In this document: piece by piece, positions 55,149 to 62,208 of the stretch
Layout of the letters: the number at the start of each line of letters is the position of its first letter
How positions within the stretch are numbered: position 1 is the stretch's first letter
Virus record (IMG/VR): IMGVR_UViG_3300048778_000101
Span: 1 to 62,208 of that record
Source: a virus
Lineage: Duplodnaviria; Caudoviricetes
DNA length: 62,208 bases
Strand: one strand, 5' to 3'
Notes under the pieces: generated by a model
The model's input: the letters and a program-made list of their open reading frames with translations, nothing else
Databases searched by the model: none
Told to the model about the DNA's origin: nothing
Made by a program: the position numbers and the translations under genes

Positions 55149-55967
55149 ATGATTAAGCGCTATCCCAGCGTGGCGGCACTCGCTAAAGCTTGGCAGGACT
55201 GCCCGCACAAAAAGCCTCGGGCGACCGATTGGTACAACGGCGAAAGTGCGAATGACACCTACCGCAAAGCGCTTAATGGGGATGCCTCGCTGGTCCCAGC
55301 GGCTGAAAAGCTTCTAAGTAAACTATCCGCGTCCCTGGAAACGCCACTCCGCAGCATTCACAGGGCGCCGTGCGGTGGCTGGCCAGCTATCCCAGATTAT
55401 TTAATGGGCAGTCCCACGCCCATGCGACGTTTTGAGCATACCTCCGAGGATATAGCGCCTATTAGGGTGGTCTCAATCTGCACATCGTCGGCGGGGCTTG
55501 ATGCCCGGATGCTGCAAAAGCGAGGAATAGCTATCCTCGCCTTGGTCCTAGCACTGGCGCAAAGCCGGCCAGTCACGCTTGAGGTTGCCGGGGTACTGGG
55601 TGGAATTGACTGCGATCGGAAAAAGGGTGAATTTATTCCAATTACGGAAATTAACACTAAACCCTTGGACTTAGCTACGGCTTGCTACGTGCTTACAAGC
55701 TCCGGCTTTGATAGACGCATTCATCACGACTTAACTAGGCAATACATGCTGGCCACCTACGACGCGGAATGGGCTGGTGCTTGGGCGCCTGGGTTTAGCC
55801 ACGATAACCCGCAAGCTTATTTTGACACCCTAGCCGATCGGCTAGAATACCCCCGCGACAAAACGCTGGTGATTGGCGGCGCTCACTTGTCTGACAAGCT
55901 ACTATCTAACCCTGTGGCTTGGGTGCAGGGACAGATTGACCGATTTACGCAAATTGCGAAGGACTGA
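55149..55967 (+). CDS. VWA/CobT-like partner of the AAA ATPase
   Basis: IPDYLMG.P.PM; VVSICTSSAG (degenerate MIDAS); RG.AILALV..L; follows the ATPase. Confidence 0.65.
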   Translation: MIKRYPSVAALAKAWQDCPHKKPRATDWYNGESANDTYRKALNGDASLVPAAEKLLSKLSASLETPLRSIHRAPCGGWPAIPDYLMGSPTPMRRFEHTSEDIAPIRVVSICTSSAGLDARMLQKRGIAILALVLALAQSRPVTLEVAGVLGGIDCDRKKGEFIPITEINTKPLDLATACYVLTSSGFDRRIHHDLTRQYMLATYDAEWAGAWAPGFSHDNPQAYFDTLADRLEYPRDKTLVIGGAHLSDKLLSNPVAWVQGQIDRFTQIAKD

Positions 55968-56009
55968 CGCCCCTTAATAGAGGAAAAGCCGTGACGACCT
56001 AAAAAATAG

Positions 56010-56038
56010 TTGACACGCGTTAGGCTTCTGCCTAAAAT
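56010..56038 (+). promoter_or_regulatory. strong sigma70 promoter
   Basis: A-tract, then TTGACA-17 bp-TAAAAT, then AAGGAG RBS. Confidence 0.8.
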
Positions 56039-56061
56039 TCCTCAGAAACAAGGAGATCAAA

Positions 56062-56640
56062 ATGGCCGCTCAAGAGACATCCCGCCGGAAGCGTGGGGAA
56101 GATGTGAATATCACCCCCGCGCCGGAAAACAATTGCCTTGCCATCGGCTTTGGCGATGGCACTCAAGCCGTGCTTAATCTGGGTGATCTCTCGCAAGAGA
56201 TTATCACTCTTGCCCTCTACCACGGCCTTAAGAATAAGCTTATTCCGGCCCTTCCCGCCGGAAGCACGGCCGAAGCCAAGAAAGCTAATGTCTTGGACAC
56301 CCTGGACACTCTGCTTTCCGGAAATTGGACTAAACCGCGCGAAACTGCCGCCAAAGTCGATAGCAGCGATCTGTTATATACTGCGATGGTGCGTATCTGT
56401 GATGGCAATCACTCGCCGTACCCAAGGAAGTCACCGGAAGCCATCAAGGAATACTTGGACAAATATGCAAAAGCCGGCGCAGATACCCCGGCAGAGGCCA
56501 AGGCCAAGAAAGACACCCTTCGGCAATGGGCTTCCAAAGATGCAATCGCCCGAGAGATCGCCGAAATCAAGGCGGAGCGTGGAAAGGGGCAGCCCCCAGA
56601 GAATGTTTCTGATCTGCTGGATGATCTTATGCGGTCCTAG
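56062..56640 (+). CDS. hypothetical protein, paralogue of 3037-3651
   Basis: LALYHGLKNKL...LLSGNW...DLLYTAM...KSPEAIKEYL...DLLDDL. Confidence 0.75.
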   Translation: MAAQETSRRKRGEDVNITPAPENNCLAIGFGDGTQAVLNLGDLSQEIITLALYHGLKNKLIPALPAGSTAEAKKANVLDTLDTLLSGNWTKPRETAAKVDSSDLLYTAMVRICDGNHSPYPRKSPEAIKEYLDKYAKAGADTPAEAKAKKDTLRQWASKDAIAREIAEIKAERGKGQPPENVSDLLDDLMRS

Positions 56641-56714
56641 GTGACGGGAGGCTTAACCTAGCCAAGGGCCTAGAGTCCTTGGCCTAGTTAAACCCCCAAA
56701 GAAAGGTTAAAGCT

Positions 56715-57209
56715 ATGTCCAATACACCCATCCCGCTCTACCAATGGCTGGCACTGCAGCTTGAGGGCTGGAGCAAGGTCCAAAAGCCCACCCCCGAAGG
56801 AAAAGTCAGTTGGTCTGATATGTATGAGCGCCGCATTCGCGAAGCTTTGAGCAACGTCTTTCCCTCGGGTGCCGGCTTTGATGCCGGCACCCAGTTGATA
56901 CCAGCCGAGCATATAAATAAAGCCGGCAAATGGAACGGTAAGTTGACCTTCATTGTAGGCTATCACCACATGATGGATGGGTTTTATGTCGCTTGGACCT
57001 ACCACAAGGTTACCGTCCGGTCAGACTTGACCCAAGGTTTTAGCCTGACCGTCAGCGGCCGGAACCGGAACCAGATCAAAAGCTATATTGCCGAAATTTT
57101 CACTGAAATCCTGAACCAAGACGTGATGCGTATCACCGACGGGCCGTCTGCTGACTGGCATTTCCACATCGACGGCCAGTTTTTGGCCAATGCGGACTAT
57201 GCGGCCTAG
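56715..57209 (+). CDS. hypothetical protein, paralogue of 57601-58086
   Basis: PIPLYQWLA..DMYERRI..PSG.GFD.GT..TVRSDL..GQFLANA. Confidence 0.75.
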   Translation: MSNTPIPLYQWLALQLEGWSKVQKPTPEGKVSWSDMYERRIREALSNVFPSGAGFDAGTQLIPAEHINKAGKWNGKLTFIVGYHHMMDGFYVAWTYHKVTVRSDLTQGFSLTVSGRNRNQIKSYIAEIFTEILNQDVMRITDGPSADWHFHIDGQFLANADYAA

Positions 57210-57262
57210 GAGGCTTAACCTAGCCAAGGGCCTAGTTAAACCCCCAAAGAAAGGTTAAAGTC

Positions 57263-57496
57263 ATGTCCACACTATCTGAAGCTGTTCTTGGTGAGAAGAA
57301 GGCCTTTTGGGCCAAAACCTACGGCGAACCGGGCCATGGTCCGGCAGGCCCAAAAGGCATTTTGTTTGCCAATTGGAACAACTACACCGCGGAACAACGT
57401 GCCAGCTTGAAAACCGAAGGTTTCAGTCTTGAATGGTTGGACGAATGGATTATCCGCAAAAGCGGCAAAGCCTACTACGCCCCGCCGGACAGTTGA
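57263..57496 (+). CDS. hypothetical protein (possibly truncated)
   Basis: Y.EPG...GILFANWN..LEW.DEW; repeated leader upstream. Confidence 0.6.
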   Translation: MSTLSEAVLGEKKAFWAKTYGEPGHGPAGPKGILFANWNNYTAEQRASLKTEGFSLEWLDEWIIRKSGKAYYAPPDS

Positions 57497-57600
57497 AGCT
57501 AGACTCTTAGCTATCGCGTCACATCCGCCGGCTTAGTCCTCGGTCCAGACGAAGGGGACTAAGCCCCCGCAATCTAACGCCACGAAGAAAGGTTAAAGCT

Positions 57601-58086
57601 ATGCAAGAAAGCCTCTTACCCCCCTATCCTATTCCTCTGTATCGCTGGCTTGCGCAACAACTTGTAGGCATCGCCTGCACTTGGCGCGAGGAAGCCTGGA
57701 AAGACATGTATGCTCGGCGTATACAGCAGGCGCTTGATAGCGCGCTACCAGCTGGCACTAAATTAGACCCTGCCGAACAACTTGACTGGCGCGAATTTCG
57801 CAATGGGGCATTTGATAGTGCGAAGTTTAGCGGTATTTTGATTTTTCGTGGGGAATACGGTGGCCTCCCGTATACCGCTACCGTCAGGTCGGACTTGGCT
57901 AACTGCGTTTCGATAGAAGTTAGTTACGGGCGCTCGTTTAAGGGCGGCAATCCGATCGAAGCCGAACTTTTACGTATCCTTTGGCAACCTGTCATCCGAC
58001 GGGCTGGGGATACTCCGAAATTGGATGAATATCTGTGCGCTGGCAAATTCTTGGCAAACGCCTGTCGCGTGCACCCTCAAAGCTAG
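57601..58086 (+). CDS. hypothetical protein, paralogue of 56715-57209
   Basis: PIPLYRWLA..DMYARRI..TVRSDL..GKFLANA. Confidence 0.75.
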   Translation: MQESLLPPYPIPLYRWLAQQLVGIACTWREEAWKDMYARRIQQALDSALPAGTKLDPAEQLDWREFRNGAFDSAKFSGILIFRGEYGGLPYTATVRSDLANCVSIEVSYGRSFKGGNPIEAELLRILWQPVIRRAGDTPKLDEYLCAGKFLANACRVHPQS

Positions 58087-58300
58087 GGGGCTTAAATTTG
58101 GAACAGAACCCAAGCCCCCACAGCCGGTGGTTCTGTTCTAAGGTTAAACCCCTTGTGACTGTGCGTGAACTTCTTGCGACATGGAAAATAGGCGACAAAG
58201 TTCTTGTTCAAGTGCAATCACGCCCCTTTACTCTAAATACGCTTTGACAAGTTGTCCAAGGCATTACCCGCTACAAAGTCTCACAGGGCGGATTTACAAA

Positions 58301-58454
58301 ATTCGACTAGTTTCCACTATTTATTCTTGCTAGTTGGTAAAATATTGATATAATGAAATCGAAGATTTCCAGGGAGGCTGGTGAATTGTTGGTTAATTAG
58401 CCTAACTAAGGCCATTCGTTAATCAAGTTGAGTTTGGCGTGGTTAGTTCCAAGC
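58301..58454 (+). promoter_or_regulatory. sigma70-like promoter plus conserved leader, copy 2
   Basis: TTGCTA(58327)-16 bp-TATAAT(58349); homologous to 665-818. Confidence 0.75.
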
Positions 58455-58599
58455 TTACAGAAACTATCAAGGATACCCGAGATGACTACATCAAAATGCA
58501 TCAAACACAGGGCCGAAGAGAAACGTACCCCCAACTAGCGATGATCTGATCTGACCAATGTTCTGCAAGAATTAATTTAAGAAACAGGGAGCTTACAAA

Positions 58600-58995
58600 A
58601 TGTCCAGAACTGTCCGAGACGGCCAAACCGTTAGTTATCTATACTCTCCCGATGGCGGGATGTGGGAAACTGCTGCCCAAAAGAAGCTCCAGAAAAAGCT
58701 TTGCCGCAAACGACAGCGGATGCAGCACCGGGCCATCCTCCATCAGGCTCTGAAAGAAGATTGCCAGGACACCGGAACCCCATCCTGGGATGATAATGTG
58801 TGGATGGCTGCCGAGGCACGCGGCGACGATTGGTCATTTGATGATTGGGATGAATTTAATGGACCACAGGTAGATATTTGGGGTTATGAGCAAAATTACG
58901 GCGAGAATTATCGTGATAGTTTTCTTTACTATGAGCGCTATTTAGCCTTGCTCGCTTTTTTCCAAAAATTGCATGAGAGACCGACGAAAAGCTAG
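58600..58995 (+). CDS. hypothetical protein
   Basis: GGGAG RBS; basic N-terminal half, acidic C-terminal half. Confidence 0.55.
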   Translation: MSRTVRDGQTVSYLYSPDGGMWETAAQKKLQKKLCRKRQRMQHRAILHQALKEDCQDTGTPSWDDNVWMAAEARGDDWSFDDWDEFNGPQVDIWGYEQNYGENYRDSFLYYERYLALLAFFQKLHERPTKS

Positions 58996-59006
58996 AGACG
59001 GAGATT
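58944..59006 (+). pseudogene. fragment of a second copy of the AAA ATPase gene
   Basis: SLARFFPKIA*ETDEKLETEI versus SLDRFFPKIEWKTDEKLETEI at 54812-54874. Confidence 0.75.
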
Positions 59007-59055
59007 ATTACGCCGACTACCCTGACCTATAACTCATCCTAGGGGGGCTAAAATT

Positions 59056-59301
59056 ATGAACTACAACTATCGACGGACAATTCGACATGTACTCAGGAGT
59101 ATCCTGAATGAAGACGCCAGTAAGGATATCGGTAAAATCGTTTTGCAAGAACTCCTGTTTCACGAAAAACTGGAGGAATATCGTCTTTTAAAGTCCTGCG
59201 AAGAACTCAACACCCCCGCAGCCAAATACCTGCATCAGTGGCTTAAGGCCAATGATCCAAGCCACCCGGATATGGTACAGATTAATCTTGAAATGACTTA
59301 G
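59056..59301 (+). CDS. hypothetical protein
   Basis: RBS; within operon. Confidence 0.55.
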   Translation: MNYNYRRTIRHVLRSILNEDASKDIGKIVLQELLFHEKLEEYRLLKSCEELNTPAAKYLHQWLKANDPSHPDMVQINLEMT

Positions 59302-59326
59302 ACCTAACTAGAAAAGGACTAGAACT

Positions 59327-59575
59327 ATGGCAAAGCCATTTTACTCCCCAGACACCCAACAGGATTTAAATGGGTATGACATTATCTACACTCTTACGCT
59401 TCCCGAAAAGCGAGAGTTTATCTATGATGATGACGTTCCATCCGGCATAATCCATAAATTCCGATACGAAGTATCGGGAAGATTGCCCAGAGATAGACTG
59501 TTCGATCGTCTCATGCAATTGCATGATGTTTTTGAGGGACTTATTGAAATTATTTCAATAGAGAGAGGAAAGTAA
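59327..59575 (+). CDS. hypothetical protein
   Basis: AGGA RBS; within operon. Confidence 0.55.
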   Translation: MAKPFYSPDTQQDLNGYDIIYTLTLPEKREFIYDDDVPSGIIHKFRYEVSGRLPRDRLFDRLMQLHDVFEGLIEIISIERGK

Positions 59576-59740
59576 GCCATGCCAGTCCTTGTCCCTGGGG
59601 GCATTGTAGTTACCAAAATCACCGAAATCAAGGAGCTTTAGCCATGCCCACCCCACAGGAAATCCTCCCCACAAACATCGAATAGGATCTTTAGCCACGG
59701 AACTTTGGGGCTTTAAGCATCTAGCAACAGTGCAAATAGA

Positions 59741-60082
59741 ATGGGAGGAATGACTATGCCCACCGAACGGGAAATTGCCGAGGCTTTGGAAAGCGCAATC
59801 CTTCACTGGGAGCAAAATCGCGAAGCCGATGGCTGGACGATCTTCCCAAGCTTCGGGATGGATAACTGTCCATTGTGTAATCTGTTTGTCCAGGCGAAAT
59901 GCCAGGGATGCCCGGTGGTAGCGCATACAGAGGGTGTATATTGCCGTCAGACACCCTACGGAGACGCTGTCGTCGCTTGGGCCTCTGTATGCGATGGATG
60001 GGAAGAGGCCGCCATCGCATTCCCCGAATACCGCCGACAATGCCAAGCTATGGTTGATCTTCTGAAATCATTCCGTAAATAG
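59741..60082 (+). CDS. Cys-rich small protein, paralogue 1
   Basis: AL.SAI.HW..N...CPLC..F...CQGCP...YC..TPY. Confidence 0.75.
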   Translation: MGGMTMPTEREIAEALESAILHWEQNREADGWTIFPSFGMDNCPLCNLFVQAKCQGCPVVAHTEGVYCRQTPYGDAVVAWASVCDGWEEAAIAFPEYRRQCQAMVDLLKSFRK

Positions 60083-60093
60083 GGGACAGCGAA

Positions 60094-60215
60094 ATGCCTG
60101 CAGACCGCGAAATAGGCTACTACTGGGTTGGTAAACTCTATGAGGACTGTATGGAGTGGATGATTGCCAAATACATCGGCAATGGAGAATGGACTTTGTC
60201 AGGGTACCACGCGAT
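60094..60215 (+). repeat. exact ~122-bp duplicate of 61532-61653 (truncated gene copy)
   Basis: ATGCCTGCAGACCGCG...GTACCACGCGAT is identical; the copies diverge immediately afterwards. Confidence 0.9.
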
Positions 60216-60482
60216 TATATGGAGGCAGCGCAGGCTCTCTATCATACTTTCCAGGATACGTATTGGAAGGTGCGCAGTAACGACGAAATAGAACAGACCC
60301 TCCGGACCTTGGCTGAAGATATAGCCAGCAATCTCCAGCAAAGTAGCCCACAGTTTGATAAAGCCAACTTCCTGGAAGTTTGTTTCAACTATTTCCGAAG
60401 CCGGCCTCAACGGAGAGATGCTGCCATGATCTATGAACACCAGACCGTAATCTATAGTTATCCAGAATATAGGGAGCTTTAA
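60156..60482 (+). CDS. chimeric or 5'-truncated paralogue of 853-1227
   Basis: RDYMEAAQ...EIEQTLRTLAEDIA..L...PQFDKANFL. Confidence 0.55.
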   Translation: MDDCQIHRQWRMDFVRVPRDYMEAAQALYHTFQDTYWKVRSNDEIEQTLRTLAEDIASNLQQSSPQFDKANFLEVCFNYFRSRPQRRDAAMIYEHQTVIYSYPEYREL

Positions 60483-60484
60483 CC

Positions 60485-60808
60485 ATGGCCACCCAGCAAG
60501 AAATACTTGTGGCGTTGTCCAGTTCTATCGAACATTGGACAGACAATCTCACCAGCAAAAATCCCTCAATTGCCGCCGCCGACTGTGCTTTATGTGACAT
60601 GTTCTGCGATAGCTGCACAGGGTGCCCGCTTCGTGGATATGATCCGGGGGGCAGGGGACATTGCCACGGCACCCCTTACTATGCTGCCCTAGACGCACTT
60701 CGGAGTGGTGAGCCCACGCAATTCAAAATCCATTGCGAAGCCATGATCGATCTTCTCGAAGACGAACGGGATAAGTTACTTGTGGCCATGAACTCCCTAC
60801 AAGCTTAA
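60485..60808 (+). CDS. Cys-rich small protein, paralogue 2
   Basis: AL.SSIEHW.DN...CALC..F...CTGCP...HCHGTPY. Confidence 0.75.
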   Translation: MATQQEILVALSSSIEHWTDNLTSKNPSIAAADCALCDMFCDSCTGCPLRGYDPGGRGHCHGTPYYAALDALRSGEPTQFKIHCEAMIDLLEDERDKLLVAMNSLQA

Positions 60809-60827
60809 CCAGAAAAGGAAACTAATC

Positions 60828-61277
60828 ATGAGCTTAGACGTGTACCTTATAATTTCTGAAACTATTCTCCGCGACGGCAGTGGGATTTTCATCCGCCATG
60901 CCGGCGAAACTGCGGAAATCTCCCGCGAGCAGTGGAATGAAATGTGCCCCTGGTATGAGCCGACGATCATGGACTGGGTTACCGGAGAGCGTGTGGTTTA
61001 TTCGGCCAATATCACCCATAATCTGGGGGTGATGGCGAAGTCCGCCGGCATTTACATACATTTGTGGCGGCCAGAAGAACTGGGAATCACGAAAGCTCAT
61101 GAATTGATCGGACCGCTTCGGGACGGATACCGCTGGCTTCGGCATTTCCCGGAAACCGCCCGGCAATATAATCCCGATAATGGGTGGGGGACATACGAGG
61201 AGCTTGCTGCTTTTGTGCGGAAATACCTCACAGCGTGCGAAGAACACCCAGAAGCCGCCGTCAAAGTGAGCCGATAA
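60828..61277 (+). CDS. conserved hypothetical phage protein
   Basis: MSLDVYL...ANITHNL..MA..AG...LWRP...NP.NGWG.Y...YL.AC.EHP.A...VSR. Confidence 0.8.
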   Translation: MSLDVYLIISETILRDGSGIFIRHAGETAEISREQWNEMCPWYEPTIMDWVTGERVVYSANITHNLGVMAKSAGIYIHLWRPEELGITKAHELIGPLRDGYRWLRHFPETARQYNPDNGWGTYEELAAFVRKYLTACEEHPEAAVKVSR

Positions 61278-61531
61278 CACCGGGCGGCAGGCGAGATCAT
61301 CGATGCCCTGAATGAACACGATGGATTGCTCGCCGATACCAGGAGATCGGCTGAGAAAGCGGCGAGGAAGCTGCGCGAGAAGATGCGCGGGATGGGTTTG
61401 TTTTGATTCAGTGCCATGTCTGGCGCGGGCTGGGTCCGCGAGACAGAGGGGTGTTGCCAATATATCGGAGATTGGTATAAGGTATCAGCCCGCGAATACC
61501 TTACCGTAAGCTATATCGAGGAGTAAGTGAG

Positions 61532-61768
61532 ATGCCTGCAGACCGCGAAATAGGCTACTACTGGGTTGGTAAACTCTATGAGGACTGTATGGAGTGGATG
61601 ATTGCCAAATACATCGGCAATGGAGAATGGACTTTGTCAGGGTACCACGCGATCTATCTTAAGGATTATTTCGTCGAAATCGACGAAAGGCAAATCTTCC
61701 GGCCAGCCGACAATCGGACCGCACCGTCGGGAGTTAACTGCACAGGAGAGGTGGCAAAGAGCGCATGA
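61532..61768 (+). CDS. small protein, GxYWV family (intact copy)
   Basis: GAGGAG RBS; paralogue of 56-244. Confidence 0.7.
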   Translation: MPADREIGYYWVGKLYEDCMEWMIAKYIGNGEWTLSGYHAIYLKDYFVEIDERQIFRPADNRTAPSGVNCTGEVAKSA

Positions 61769-61819
61769 TATTGCGAGGGAACGTGCTGAAATTAGCGGAA
61801 TTAAGTGGGAGGAATAGAC

Positions 61820-62125
61820 ATGCCAACAGATCAGAAAGTTGCCGAAGCTCTGGAAGGTGCCATCAAGCATTGGCAATACAACCTCACGGCAGTCAGGGAG
61901 GTATTAGAGCCCAGTTTTGCCAGGTATAGCTGCCCCCTGTGCGCTCTGTTTGGCAATAGCTGCGACGGGTGCCCCATTGCGGAACGCACTGGACTGCTGG
62001 ATTGTGAGGGCACCCCCTATTCTGCGGCTATGCATGCATGGTGGCGAGTCGAAGACTATCCATTCCCCGAATACCATAAGGAGTGCCAAGCCATGCTCGA
62101 CTTCCTCAAATCCCTTCGTAAATAG
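61820..62125 (+). CDS. Cys-rich small protein, paralogue 3
   Basis: ALEGAIKHW..N...CPLC..F...CDGCP...DCEGTPY; ends FPEY...CQAM.D.LKS.RK like paralogue 1. Confidence 0.75.
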   Translation: MPTDQKVAEALEGAIKHWQYNLTAVREVLEPSFARYSCPLCALFGNSCDGCPIAERTGLLDCEGTPYSAAMHAWWRVEDYPFPEYHKECQAMLDFLKSLRK

Positions 62126-62208
62126 GGGTAAGTGAGATGGCTATCAACCGTAAACCCGGCTTCTACTGGGTCTACGAAGTCTATCCCACAGGATGGATTG
62201 TTGCTCAA

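Larger units (their letters stand above)
56647..57603 (+). repeat. repeated intergenic leaders (56647-56717, 57209-57265, partial 57585-57603)
   Basis: GGAGGCTTAACCTAGCCAAGGGCCTAG..TTAAACCCCCAAAGAAAGGTTAAAG(C/T)xATG. Confidence 0.85.

Noticed and set aside
56647-57265. TTAA pairs as CtrA boxes (also at 31452 and 37134)
   Set aside because: The spacers are 6, 15 or 17 nt, not TTAA-N7-TTAA.
60094-61653. 122-bp repeat pair as a DGR template/variable repeat (the head module is BPP-1-like)
   Set aside because: The copies are identical with no adenine-specific mismatches, they are not in a fibre gene, and no reverse transcriptase is present.
62082-62208. 127-bp terminal direct repeat as the physical phage end
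   Set aside because: The length equals a common assembler k-mer and the repeat cuts through genes; it shows circular assembly only.
1-62208. Stop-codon reassignment suggested by frequent TAG/CTAG
   Set aside because: Core genes are full length in the standard code, and several end at TAG right before the next gene.
1-62208. Prophage or temperate lifestyle, tRNA genes, phage RNA polymerase
   Set aside because: I recognised no integrase, repressor, partition genes, host flanks, tRNA cloverleaf or RNAP motifs by eye; tRNAscan and HMM searches would be needed to be certain.

Overview
The window is a complete, circularly assembled genome (~62.08 kb) of a tailed, podovirus-type dsDNA phage. Bases 1-127 are repeated exactly at 62082-62208. 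The + strand (53.7 kb through the join to 15 kb) carries early and replication genes: a MoxR-type AAA ATPase with a VWA-like partner, many small paralogous ORFs, a GH19 endolysin, a Dda-like helicase, a Cas4-like nuclease, a degenerate HNH-AP2 protein, a Sak4-like ATPase, an SSB-like protein, and a family A DNA polymerase with an N-terminal UDG-like domain and His at position 762. The - strand (53.5 to 15 kb) carries a BPP-1/Bcep22-style morphogenesis module: TerS, TerL, portal, scaffold, major capsid, cement and fibre proteins, four tandem tail-adaptor paralogues, nozzle, a GNAT-sulfotransferase-GNAT fusion, three ejection proteins, holin/spanin candidates, a permuted papain-like enzyme and a SET-domain protein. 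I recognised no integrase, RNA polymerase, primase, replicative helicase, tRNA, CRISPR array or reverse transcriptase. The most striking unexplained signal is a pair of homologous ~0.8 kb non-coding elements (31.2-32.0 kb and 52.0-52.9 kb). Each has three 17-bp iteron-like boxes, C-GNA-G mini-hairpins and a 14-bp palindrome, sits on a sharp G-to-C skew flip, and lies directly upstream of one of the two late operons. Also notable are three structural-module proteins with Sec signal peptides and a basic-x-x-LY motif shared by the scaffold and three small head-region proteins. All calls are motif recognition by eye; no searches were run.
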